Source of the DNA: Azolla caroliniana
Lineage: Eukaryota > Plantae > Polypodiophyta
Direction: 5' to 3'
Assembly: GCA_043228905.1 (NCBI GenBank)
Contig: JBHGNT010000004.1
Location: forward strand, 3,348,001 to 3,412,000
DNA: 64,000 bases
The position numbers were made by a program, and so were the translations under genes. A model generated the notes under the pieces. That model made no database searches. It worked only from the letters and a program-made list of their open reading frames with translations, and was not told the DNA's origin. Below are positions 48,014 to 61,000 of this stretch, piece after piece (position 1 is the first letter of the stretch; each line of letters starts with the position of its first letter).

Positions 48014-49540
48014 AACGGCTTCTACATGCCGTGTCGCGGCCTCTTCCATCAACCTCTTCATTCCGCCACGCCCCGTATTCATTTCTAGGGCTCTCCGGGT
48101 CTCGCTCGCGTGCACCCGCCCGTTCCAGAGGCACACCACATTGGTCCTGAGTGTGTCAGCGAAATCCACGCAATCCTTCCGAATGTGACTGATCGCGTCA
48201 CACCACATGCACCGCTGCCCAGCCGGCGGCCTCCGGTCGCGAGGTTGTTTGCCGCTGTCTCTCCAGGCCTGTGCGATCTGCAGGTCGCGCACCATCTGTG
48301 TCAACTCCTCCAGAGCCGCTCCTTCGAATGGGCCTTTGACCACGTCGTTCGATGCCGACCCCGACTCCAGCCAAATTCGTGTCTCTTCCTTCCTTCCGGC
48401 TGGCACCGATACCGGCTCCTCGAGCCTCCTCGCAGGGACCGGTCCTGACTCCGACGAGCTTTCGTCTCTCCACTCGCGTCGTTTGTCGAAACGGCTATAG
48501 ATCCGTTTTACCACGGCCCAGTTTGTCGTGAGCCTTTCGTTGTTACCCATTCCTTTGGGTGAACACCTTCGATAGATCTGCGTCTATCGGTCTTCAAGGG
48601 CGTGGTACGTGAAGGTTCGTAACAGAGGCGTAGAGAGAGATACAGGGCTCAGAGAGAAAACACTAGCGCGGTTTTGATAGACATGGCGGCGTGAAACTCA
48701 TAGGTATGGATCAAAGCACAGACTCATGCAGCAAAATAGGCACAATTAAGATATATTACTATGGCAGAAAAGGATTACAGAACACGGCCTATGGCCGGTG
48801 ACCTTACGAGTTGATCTAATTACGAATGACTAAGCTAGTGCTTCCGCCTATAATTTTCTTCTCTCCTTTCTGAGGTACTGCTCCTCGTTTAAATAACTTT
48901 TCCCCTAACACACAGCCGAGCCATCAGTGGCCCGTGATACTCGGACTCGACGTTTGCTAATTTCCTAATTTTTACATTTCTGTCCTCTGGACAACATTCA
49001 TCCGTCTCCAATAGGGGACCCACCTTTTCCCTGTCGAGCGCGTCCACCGACTTGACAAACAGTAGTATTTGACTCGTTTCGAGCACGGTCCGGTCCAGTG
49101 TCAACAGTCGCGCGAATCGTTTTTCGAACTCCTGGAGGAGCACCGACGTGTTCCTCCCTTTTCCGGGGCTTTCCACCCACGCCATGAAGTCCCGCCTCGA
49201 CAGTCGAAGCGAGTCATCAAACCCGTACTTCTCGAGGAGCTGCAGCTCGAACTCCTCCCAATTCTAGCATCTGGCTAGCACCTCGAGCACCTCCGCGTGG
49301 ATGCTCGGCGTCACCTCCCCAGGGAATCCGGACAGCCGCCTGTCCACTGAGATATCCCTCATGATCATTTCGGCCCGGTAAGCCTCCAAATAACTTATGG
49401 GATTCTTCCCACCAAATCAGCCTATGCTGCCGACAATCGATTCAATGCCTCTGTCGAGGGTACCCGTCCCCTCGCGAGCGCTCACCAGCCGGTCGACGGC
49501 TACTGCCATTGCCTCTACTAGCTCCAATCTCCTCATCTTC
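48014..49540 (-). pseudogene. Element C gag N-terminal part, interrupted by a solo LTR
   Basis: Homologous to E gag (WVESPGKGRN, CMWCDAISHIRKDC). Confidence 0.88.
48541..48996. mobile_element. Solo LTR of an unrelated family
   Basis: TGTT...AACA ends; 5-bp TSD TTCGT/TTCAT; removing it restores C gag (LLETDERLTT). Confidence 0.8.
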
Positions 49541-51059
49541 TGACTCCTTTGCCACATGTTCACGTCGAGTTCACCAATTATGTCGTGAAGTTTCGCGTTC
49601 GCGTGCAAGAAGAGGCGGAACCACGGGGGTCTTGGACCAAGGAGAGAGTGAGAGAGAGAGAGAGAGTTGCACACACACAGAAAGAAAATAAGAGCAAGAA
49701 ACAGGAATCCGATTACTATAATCAGAAGCTTACAACTTGAATAGTTACAACCGGCAAACCGGTAATGGACCTGACACGGGGTCCTACTCACACACACAGA
49801 CGACAGCCACTCGACTCGAAGAAACAAATAGGGAAGGGGGGAGGGAGAGAGAGAGAGAGAGAGAGCCTCTGATGGAAGCACGCGGGTTGTCCACGAAGCA
49901 GAGGCAGCGAACTCCCGACACCCACAGAGAACGACGATCGGAGGAGAGAGAGCTCAGCACTCGGTTCTACAGCAGCACTTCGTCCTCGCCAACGTGCGAT
50001 ACCTTTTCTTCCTTCTCTCCCTCCTTAAATAGTTCACCAAAGGAGACCCTTCTTCCCTAGTCCAATCGCTTTATTCCCTGTCCCTTTCAACAGAGATACG
50101 CACAAAATCCCCTAATAGATGCGTACTACCTAGTATTTACATCAGCCGACCTAATTATGAATTATGTGCAAAATATCGATTCTCGCGTCCACCCATGTAA
50201 GAGCCGGTTCATGCGCCTTTTTCTCTGATTCCGCCTATGGCCAGTTTTCTTCACAACAACGCCACATGGGCCTTCTCCATACAAACCTTTATTGGATGAC
50301 ATAATCCGATATTCTTCTCAAGGGGAAGTCTTCCTTGTAGGAGATTTCAATGTGAGAACCCAATCCTGACAATGCACAATATTTCAGATGGATAGAAACC
50401 TAGAAATGGTGAATGTTGACCCTTTAGCCTTAGACATAACACATACATCAAAGGATCGAGGTGTGGACGCCATAAGCTTTGGCCATCACCTGCTTGAACT
50501 TGGAAGCCGACACCAGATGATCATATATAGTGGCTTAGCCAAGTGACCGGGCTCAGAAGAGCTCACATGTTTCCCACATGGAGGAGGGGAAAGCACAGTT
50601 GATTACCTAATAGGACGCCCTGAAGCTACCCACATGGTTAACTCCTTCCGGGTGGCCCCATGCCCCATTGGTACAAACCATAGCTTCCTATACTTTGAGG
50701 TAAGATGCGACACCTCCCACACCACCAACTCTAGTCAACCAAACCATCACACCATAATACATTTCACGCATGAGCTCGTTGACATCTACTCTCGACATGT
50801 TCAAGCCCATCTCTCCTCTTTTGATTCTTCCTTGCCTTTAGAGAACTTCACTACAGAACTCGCACACATCCTTCACTCAGCAACAATTAGTAGCTTCCCA
50901 TACACGAGAGATTCCAATCATAGTAGAATTGCGTCTATGCCACAAAACAAGTGGTATGATGAGGATTGTAGAGAGTTGTATAGACAACTTAAAGTGCCGC
51001 GACTTAGTGGTACTATTTCCTCAATACAGGCTCGCAAAGAGATGCGCAAGATGACACGT

Positions 51060-52712
51060 TGTCGTGATGTGGCATGTCTAGTGCAAGAAAAAGTCAAAAA
51101 TTGAGGATCCACACACATTTCACGAATACTTGTAAAAATGAAAATAAATAACCCTAGGTCACAATGGCATTGAGTGCATGTAGAGGGTTGCAAGTAGGAT
51201 TTGAACCTTGCACCTCTAAGATAAGAGGCAATTACCTTACCACTAAAGCTACTACTAAGTGCTTTAGATGTTCTATATTTCTTTCTCATATTCAATATTC
51301 TGTAGGAAACAAATGAACAAAACCGTGTACACAAAACCATGGTTCTAAACCCATGGATTGTGCATGTCATAAGCAAAACCGTGTCCTCAAAACCATGGTT
51401 CTAAACCCATGGGTTTGTGCATGTCACAAGCATGCAGAGACCTATAAAAGCCTCTAGTTGGGCTTGTGTAAAGGGGGGCTCAATATGTGATATCACCAAC
51501 ACCACTATCATCAATATAATTATATTCTTCTTTATCTTCTTCATATTTTTCTACTTCTGAAGTGTACAATCTTTCTTCTTCTCAAGTGAACAAATTTCAT
51601 CCAATCTTACATTGATCGTCATCTCTTCAATAATTCTGCGAACGTCCTCCCCAGTCTAAGACCCCAGTGGTCGCTCGAGTAGCACACGCACACGCAAATC
51701 TTCGCGACATCTTTTGGTGAACCCAACGTGAAGAGCGGTAGGGGAGGATGAAGATGGACGAGGAATATCTAATGAAGGCAATGTCAAAGATGATGATGGA
51801 GTTTTCAAGAGAAGGGAAAACATGACATGCGGCCCAACAAGCCATCGAAAGCATGATCAAGCGAGTCGGGTTTTTCGATGGAGGCAAAGTCCAAATATTT
51901 CTAAAGGCCTACAATGCCGAAATGGATTCAAGAGGAGTGGAGGAAGCAATGAGGCTGGAGTACTTTTGTCGAGTGGTGGCCGAACCGATCTTCGAAGAGA
52001 TTAAAGAGATTCAAAAAACTCACGATTCGTGGGTGTCCTTCAAAGAAGCTTTACGAGAGTCCTATGGTTACGAAGAGCAAAAGGGACGAGGTCTGTATGA
52101 GTTTCACGAATGGGTGTCATCGAGAAAGACCCACCAGAGTGTTATGCATGCATTCGTTGAGTTTGAGTATCGCTTCTCTCAACTCTTGGACCGGGATCAA
52201 AGATTGGTGGGGGTGAGTAAAGTTCTGCTGTTTGTAAAGTCAATCGATCGGAATGAAAGGAAGGCCATTGGAATCCAACTCGAGGATGACAATGGTGAAA
52301 ATGGCCTCACTGAGGATTGGGCCAAAGTGGAAAGGGTATGCCGACAACACGATAAGAGGGAGATGAGATTCTCATCGACAACAACACGGGAAATGCTGCT
52401 TTAAGAGTAGACGAGCATTTCGGAACACATCTTGTGTCCGAAATATTGAGTAATGAAGGTGCAAGCATGAGGGAAGCTTGTGTGATCAAGGGATATCACC
52501 AACACCACTATCATCAATATAATTATATTCTTCTTTATCTTCTTCATATTTTTCTACTTCTCAAGTGTACAATCTTTCTTCTTCTCAAGTGAACAAATTT
52601 CATCCAATCTTACATTGATCGTCATCTCTTCAATAATTCTGCGAACGTCCTCCCCAGTCTAAGACCCCGGTGGTCGCTCGAGTAGCACACGCATGCGCGA
52701 ATCTTCGCGACA
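51060..52712 (+). mobile_element. Element F: internally deleted Trp-group gypsy (5' LTR, PBS, partial gag, last ~220 bp of the 3' LTR)
   Basis: LTR 51060-51709; PBS 51715-51731; gag ORF 51853-52404; 52492-52712 repeats the LTR end; TSD ACGT. Confidence 0.88.
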
Positions 52713-54843
52713 ACGTCATGAAAGACGAGCTTGGGAAGCATCTCAACATTGGGAACTCTACCATATGCTCATGAGTAGGGACTGCGCCCTTGCATGGAAG
52801 AGACTACGGGAACCGCGACCACAAACACCAATCGAGGATCCCAATATTTGGCACACATATATCGAGAGACTCTACCATGTCCCGAACCAACCACCCATTC
52901 CAATGCCTTCCACACCTCGACCTACCATGGGGACACTTTTCACGACCTCTAGGGTCACGAAGGTCATAAAAAAATTACAACATAGGAAATCCATGAACCA
53001 CACAAGATTGCGAGCTGAGCACATCATATATGCTTGAGAGTGCCTAGCCCCCTTTCTCACTCTAATCTTCAACCACGCCCTTGCCGAGGGTTTTCCACCA
53101 TAATGGATCATGAACACAGTGGTCCCTATACATAAAGGAGGGGACCCAATGGACCCAAATACATATAGGACCATTATGATAAGTCATATGCTCGCTAAAC
53201 TATATGGTGCAGTAATGGAAGCAGAGCTCAGCGATTATATGGAAACATTAAGTCTTCGAGCACTTGAGCAGGCTAGCTTTAGAGGAGCCTTCTCCACTAT
53301 TGACCATATCTTCATACTTAGCTACTTAATTGACTAGAGGAAGGCTCGTAAGAAGAAACTATGTTGTTGCTTTGTGGACTTCCGCAAAGCCTTTGACATG
53401 GTTCCTAGGGAGAGGTTGTTCGATAGATTGAAGAGCTTGGAGATACCAAATGACATGATCTGGGCCATTTATGCCCTATATGAGCAAGTCTCTGGGTGCG
53501 TAAGATGCCCAGGTGGCCTATCCGATTGCTTCACTAGCACCATTGGTGTAAAATAGGGTTGCCCCCTATCACCGACTCTTTTTGGGATCTACATTAATGA
53601 GATCACTGATTTTATTGCTCATAAGGGAGACAAGGGAGTATCTATTGGGGATACGCAAGTTAGTCTCTTACTCTACGCAGATGACATTGTCTTGCTCTCA
53701 GAGTTGGAACACGACCTACAAAAGCATCTTAATGCCCTAGATGACTTGTGTACACAACGAGGACTGGTAGTGAATCTAGCGAAAACTAAAGTCCTTATCT
53801 TTCATACATCGTCCCGAGTTGGGAGTAAATGTCACTTAATCCTCTCTCATAAACTAGTTGAGGTAGTTGGATCATATGTATACTTGGGAGTCACTTTTAG
53901 TGCTCCCTCAAGTTAATTCTCAATGACCTAGGCAGCCAAAGATAGGCTAACGAGAGGGTATGCATCCCTCTCACTCTTAGAGAGACAATGCCACCAGGCA
54001 TACTTTCAAGAGCCACGGACTAAAGGATGGCTCTTCGACTCATTTGTGACCCCTTCCCTCATGTATGCATCAATAGTATGGGCCCCAGGTCTACCATCTT
54101 TCATGTGGACGCAATTAGAGAGACCTTTGGTGACGATGTTATCACGTCAACTCCGAAGCAAATCGATAGTACCACATGACATTATTAGAGCAGAGTTCAA
54201 TCTGCCACCGATGTTAGTAGAAGCGCTTTTTCAAGTGGTAGTTTTTATTCATCAGATACATAGCCAACCACAAGATAGGATATCCCGTCGAGCCTTTGAG
54301 GGGCCTTTGAGGCATCACGATCCCTACATGCATCTGGAGACACTAGCTCTTGGTATAGCATTGTGGTGAGTTGGTTACTTGCAAACGGCATAGACATTAA
54401 TAACCTACCTCCCCTTAAGTACAACCATGGGATTGATCAAACTCTAATCTCTCATGAAGACCGTAATAAAGTGATACACCAAGAAATATTGCAAATTTAC
54501 ACTCGATATAAATGGATCACCCCACGAGAGCCAATCCCATCTAAAATGTTGTACTATAAGGAACACTTCTTGCACTTCTCTAAGTTAGGTTTTATTACAC
54601 GACCAAGATATCTAGATACATTCTTATCAAATGCACTAAGGGTGGCCTTTGGACAACTTGAGATTGAGAATGGTCAGGCTAATAGAGTCCCTAGAGAGGA
54701 AAGGCTGTGTAGGTTATGCCACATAGAGATAGAGGATGAGTATCATTTCACATGCAAGTGCCCAACTTATGCCAAGATACAAGAGGAATACCAAGACATA
54801 TTAGGACTCTCTCCCACCCTCTCCAAACTATTAGATACCCCGA

Positions 54844-55690
54844 TGTCGTGAAGATTTTCGGCAACGGTGTGAAAATCGTGTGGAATCAAGAAGGTGTAAT
54901 GTGCACACGAATGAAAGGGGTTAGACTCATACGTTAGCATGTTGTAAATATAAATGTATTGAGAAGACCTAAAGCCTATTTGCATTTTCAAGCATACAAA
55001 TGGGTGCAAGTATTGAACCTTGCACCTCCAAGATAGAAGAGAACTTATGTTTTTTACATATGAATGCTCATACATGAGAGCTTGGATGAGGTACACGGGC
55101 ATCATGCATCGCATGCATTTCATGCATTGTATGCATGTCTTACACCCTCACATGCACATATGCATGGGGGCATCTATATAAGTGGGAATCGATCGATGAA
55201 TCAAGGGAACTATGTATCAAGCAAGCTATGGATTAAATCAAGATATTTTAATAAGAAAACCTAGTTATCTTATTGGTGATGTGTCTTGTTTCTCTAAAGA
55301 AAAATCAAGGGTGCAAACCTAGAATTGGAATTTCAATCCGTCTATCTATCTATCTTAAACACTTCCTCAATTTTCGTTTCTCTCTCACACACACTCTCAA
55401 CCACATTAGTGCGTTACTTCAGCTACCTACATGTCAATCCACCCCACCGTTGAGTCGGGTTCGGGCGCGTCTTCGACAACAAAGGACGACTCGGCGATAA
55501 ACCTAAACGGCCAATTCCTTACAGGCACAACTCACCTGATTCGTTCTCCCCGGTCAAAGACCTTGGTGGTCCCGTTCGATCGACCCGTAGGCGCGGAAAT
55601 CCCATCGTCAATCCTCCATAACCACTAGCGGATAGAGGCACGGTGCTTGTCTGCGCTTGTGACACGCACATCCCGACGTGCCACGCGACA
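54844..55690 (+). mobile_element. Solo LTR (Trp group) in the LINE C-terminus
   Basis: TGTCGTGAAG...GCGACA; flanks CCGA/CCGG; removal restores LLDTPDVKRLG. Confidence 0.85.
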
Positions 55691-57117
55691 CCGGATGTAA
55701 AGAGACTAGGTAGGTATATCTTAGAGCTAAAACAACATAGGGAGAATAAATTACAAAGTGTTAACCATAACCGTTTTACTATTCATCAACATGTAACTAG
55801 TGTAATTTTGCAGGAACAAGGGGAGACGATGAATGTGGATACACTTATGCCACTCAGCCTCTCTCTTGAGGAAGCAGAAATGCAAAGAACAACCAAACAC
55901 CCTCGGATGTTGGGCTTCAAAACAAGTCGACACAGAGTAGAAAAGATTAACAAGATAAGGTAACGTGAGTTACGTCGACTAGAAGCTATGGTTGGGGTAC
56001 CTTTTACATTGGGACCCCGGGCCACATCCACATCGAAACCCTTTGACATCCCGCTTCTCTTCGAGAGACTTGGATGGAAATGAAATTGCCCTAGTATAAC
56101 ATTATTTTCATTGTAGAACATGTTTTTTATATAGAACATGTTTGTTATTTTACTAGAACTATTTAGCTTAAAACTCAATTTTTATCTTATTTTTATTTTT
56201 ATATTTTACTTTCGATGAATGGGTAAATATTCCATTTTTTGTTGTAAATCATTTGTCTCATGGGCCAATTTTGGTCTTAGAAGACGTTAATATATCTTTC
56301 TTTCTTTCTTTTCTCTCTCTTTGACTCCTAAGTCCAAAATCCCCACAGTCCCGTCCGATCTGACATGTACACGCGGTGTCGTGGAGGATTCCGGCAAAGG
56401 GGAGAGAGGCCACCGAATGCGTGTGAACAAGGGTGTGTAAGTATGCACATGATACGGTCTTTGTATAAAAACAAGGTAAATAGGTATAGTATTTAAAAGT
56501 TCAAGGTAGAAGTAGTTAGGTACTTTAATGTCCCACAAAAGGAGAGGGATAAAGCATCTAATTGGGAGGAAAACGAGGGGAGAATCACTAACAAAATATG
56601 TTGTCTTAAACGTTGATGTAACACCAACCCTCCTCTCCTTGGATCTATAAAATGGGAGGAGGAAGACTGTTGAGAGGGGATCAGTGGTTTTGAGAGAGGG
56701 AAGGTGTTGTCGAACTGTAGAGTGGATTAGATCAATTTGTTGTGTTCTACTACCTTGGTGGTGATGTGAGGCCTATGTTCGTGCAAGAAGCCCATGTGTT
56801 CCCGATCATAGGCTCACCCGTGTTTATGTGGATGGGTGAAGAGCACGAAGCTCCACTACCAGCCGAGTCGGGTTGTATTCCTTTCTGTTATTGATTAATC
56901 GACTAGCTTTGTTGTATCCATTGATTCTCTCTACGCCTCCTTGTGTTGTTCTCTCTGTTTTGGCATGCATTCCCATCTCCGCTTCCATCCAATTTGTGTG
57001 CTTATCTGGGTCTCCGAGCGCGTGTGCTCAACTTCCGGAATCCAACAACAAGTCCAGATTGGATTGTGTTTGTGTTTGTGGGCCCGTGCCCTTGTAAAGA
57101 CATCTGGTAATCGAACC

Positions 57118-57123
<6 letters not shown>

Positions 57124-57170
<47 letters not shown>
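57124..57170. repeat. (CT)n microsatellite in the LTR of G
   Basis: About 23 perfect TC units. Confidence 0.95.
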
Positions 57171-57171
<1 letters not shown>

Positions 57172-58090
57172 GCTCCTTGGTTCAAGGCCCCGGTGGTCCC
57201 ATCCTAATGAACCACGTACCCTCGGAATATCGCGACATCTTTGGTGAACCCGACGTGAAAAGGGTGGCACAGGAGTCAAAATGAGGGGAGGTGAACTTGC
57301 AGAGGCAATGGCGGCCGTTGTGGACCGCTTCGTCAATGCCTAAGAGAGCTCGGCAAGCCTCGATAGGGTCGTAGAAACGATAGTCAGGACGACAGGCCGA
57401 TTCAACAGAAGGGACGTAACAAACTATCTGGAGGCCTTCAAGGCCGAAATGTTGATGAGGGACATTCCGAAGGACAAACGGTTGTCTGCATTTCCACGGA
57501 TAGTTACACCGAGCATCCACGCCGATGTGCTTGAGATGTAGGCCAATTGTCGTAGTTGGCCGGAGTTCGAGGAGCGACTCCTCGAGAGATACAGCTTCGA
57601 CAACTCACTCCGGTTGACGAAGAGGGAGCTAATGGAGTGGGTCGAGCTTCCCAACAAAGGATAGAACACATCGGTGCTTCTCAAGGAATTCGAGAAGCGA
57701 TTTACATGGTTGTCAGCGCTAGACCAGACTGGACCTTTATCAAATCGGTAGATCCGGTTGATCAGGAGAAGGTTGGTCTCCTCTTGGAGACGGACGAAGG
57801 GCTCACGACCGACTAGGCCGTCGTGAAGAGAGTCTGCAACCGTTTCGACAAATGGCATGAGTGGAACGATGAAGGGTCATCGTTGACCAGCTTGGCCACG
57901 TAAAGGATAGCAGAAGAGATTTTGACTCGGTCGAATGAGGCAAGAAGAAGGCTCGAGTCGGGCCCAACTACGGCCAACGTGGTTGACAATTTCATCGAGA
58001 GGAGAAACACTAGAGGAACTGACCAAGATGGTGCGCGACCTCTAGATCGCACAGGCGCGAAGGGAAGGCGGGGGTCAATTGCGTGATCGA

Positions 58091-61000
58091 TGTTGGGTTC
58101 TCGGTCCCTCCGGATGGGATGTCCGGAGATGAATGACGGCAAGCCCGGTTGCGGTTACGGATCCGGATGACGAAGACCCCGGCTACGGAGCCGGATGCTG
58201 AAGACCCTAGCTACGGAGCCGGATGACGAATGTACCCGGAGAGAGATCCGGATGCGGGGACATATTTGTGAATATGTTTGCCAAGGGCCCTTGAGGCTAT
58301 ATTTGTAAATAGCCCGAAAGTCATATGTGTATAAATATGACTTAGGGCAAACAGTTTTATGTTGTTGCTCATTTTATGTTTTCAGCCGAGGGAGCGAAGT
58401 GAGAGCAGCCGAGAGAGAAAGAGAGAGAAAGGAAGAGGTCGACGCCTCTGTGTATTGCCGCCACCTGTGGCGAAGACAGTGAGCTCAAGGTTGTTGCCTT
58501 GTAGCTTCACCATTGTACATCTCTGTTTATAGTGATAGTTGGAGTTTGAGGACTCCCGTGGTTTTTTTTTATTTAGGGTTTTTCCACGTAAAACATCCTG
58601 TGTACCTTTCTCTCTGTTGTCTTCGTGTATTTTGTATTTCCTGTTTTCTGTGAGTTGATCCTATTCCTCGGTTGTGGCCGAGCACTGTTTGCAACAAAGT
58701 GGTATCAGAGCGACGGTAACACAGAAAATGGAAGGCGGTGGTAGTGGGCCTCCGGGCATGATGGTGTTGAACTCACAGAACTACGCCGACTGGAAGATAA
58801 AGATGGAAGACCTTCTCATCGTCCGAGATCTGTACGAACCGATCGACAATGCCGAGATACCCAAGGGAGTAATAGAGTCGGAGTGGAAGCTCCTGAACCG
58901 GAAAGCCGTAGCGACGATCCGGCAATATGTCGATGTAAGTGTCCTGCAACATGTGGCGAACGATACGAACGCCTATGAGATGTGGCAGAAGCTATCCGGA
59001 CTGTATGAGAGGAAGAATGCTCTGACCCGGACCTCCCTGATGAGGAAGATAGTGAATCTTAAGTACCGGGACGGCGAGAATATGGTGGAACACGTGAGCA
59101 CGTTCATGGGATTCGTGAACCAGCTTGCGGCGATCAAGTTCCCGTTGGAGGATGCAATGCAAGCCATCATTCTGATGTGTACATTGCCGGAAAGCTGGGA
59201 GAACTTGGTGGTGACTCTCAGCACCTCCTGCACCGAAGATAACTTGTCTCTACAAACGGTAAAGACAAGCATTTTGAACGAAGAAGCGCGTCGGAGAGAT
59301 AAAGAACCGGTTTCCGATCCGAAGATGCTGCTTACCGAATCGGATCGGGGAAGACAATGGAACCGGAGTCCGCAAAGACGGGAGAAGTCGGGGACCCGGT
59401 CGCAGTCAAGAGGAAGACCCACATGCTTCCACTGTGGGAAGCCGGGGCACTTCCGGAAGAATTTTCGGCATTACCGAAAGGACAACGGAGCCGACGACAC
59501 CGATTCGAAGAAGTCACCGGAGAGAAACGGTGCATACCGGGGAGCCACGGACCGGAGAGGTCCGGATCGGCGAGGGCAGGACCGGAAAGGAACGACGGCA
59601 CTCGCGGCAAGTGAGGAAGAAATCATGCTCATCACCGAAGAAGGTGAACTAAACATTGCCGGCGATGAGACGACCTGGGTGGTCGATTCCGGAGCATCGT
59701 TCCACCTGACCCCGGAGAGAAGATACTTCTCATCCTACACAGCCGGTGAGCATGGCTGTGTTCGGATGGGAAATGAAGGTACGTGCCGGATTGCCGGCAT
59801 AGGAGACGTGTGGTTGACAACCCCAACCGGATGCAAAATGCTGCTGAAGGATGTTCGACACGTTCCGGAGGTTCGATTGAACCTGATTTCGGCCGGGAGG
59901 CTAGACGATGAAGGCTACACAGGTAGCATCCGGAACGGTGTCATGAAGTTCAGCAAGGGGAGCCTGATAGTGGCTCGGGCCCGGAAGGTCAACACACTGT
60001 ACCTGATGAATTCCCGGCTATGTCCGGAGGAGCTGAACGTGGCAGCCAACACTGCCGGTGAGCTGTGGCACAAGAGACTGTGCCACATGAGTGAGAAGGG
60101 GATGAAGAGGCTTGCAGAAGACAACCTTATTCCAGTGAAGCATGTGCACCTGGAGAAGTGCACCGACTGCCTGGCCGGTAAGCAAAACCGGACCTCCTTC
60201 CACTCAAGGCCACCGACGAGACGTAGCGCACCATTGGAGTTGGTGCACACTGATGTGTGTCAGGTAGAAACGAAGTCACATGGCGGAGCCCAATACTTCG
60301 TAACATTCATTGATGATCACAGCCGGAAGCTGTGGACGGCACCGTTAAAGACAAAGGACCAAGTGTTGTGCGTCTTCAAAGAACTCCACGCAAGAGTGGA
60401 AAGGGAATCCGGTAAGAAGCTGAAAGCGATACGAGCGGATAACGGAGGGGAATACCGGGGGCAGTTCCAGGAGTACTGTCGCACGAAGGGAATCCGGCTC
60501 GAGTTTACTGTGCCGAAGACGCCGGAACTGAACGGGCTGGCCGAGAGGATGAACCGGACCATAATGGAGAGGGTCCGGAGTATGCTGGCGCATGCTGAAT
60601 TACCCAAGGGGTTTTGGGCTGAGGCGATGTCGACGGCGACATACGTGATAAACAGATCACCCTCAGTACCTTTGGACAGAGACACGCCGCAGAGAGTGTG
60701 GACCGGTAGGGAAGTATCCTACCGGCATCTGAAGGTGTTCGGGTGTCTCGCATACGTGCATGTGGCAAAGGACCGGAGAGGAAAGTTAGATCCAAAGACC
60801 CGGCCATGCATATTCCTCGGTTACGGCGACGACGAGTTCGGCTACCGAGTATGGGACCCGGTCGACAAGAAGATATTCAGGAGTCGAGATATCGTCTTCA
60901 TGGAGGACAAGACACTCGCCGACTGGGAGTCGGAGAAGAAGATGAAGAGCTCCAAGTCGACCGGTGAGGATCAACTCTACGAGGAGCAGTCCCGACCGGC

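Larger units (their letters stand above)
14629..50258 (-). mobile_element. Element C: old, degenerate tRNA-Trp gypsy element, host of A and two solo LTRs
   Basis: 3' LTR 14629-16023 and 5' LTR 49581-50258 differ by several percent. PBS at 49560-49576; PPT at about 16024-16035. gag reads through the A insertion (ATRHVEAVS|YSVSAGI). Confidence 0.9.
50259..56083 (+). mobile_element. Decayed non-LTR retrotransposon (APE endonuclease-RT; RTEX-like C-terminus), split by two insertions
   Basis: GEVFLVGDFN, STVDY, FVDFRKAFD, GCPLSPTLF, LLYADD and ERLCRLC..EDEYHFTCKC, with many stops. Reading resumes across both insertions. The clade and 3' end are uncertain. Confidence 0.85.
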
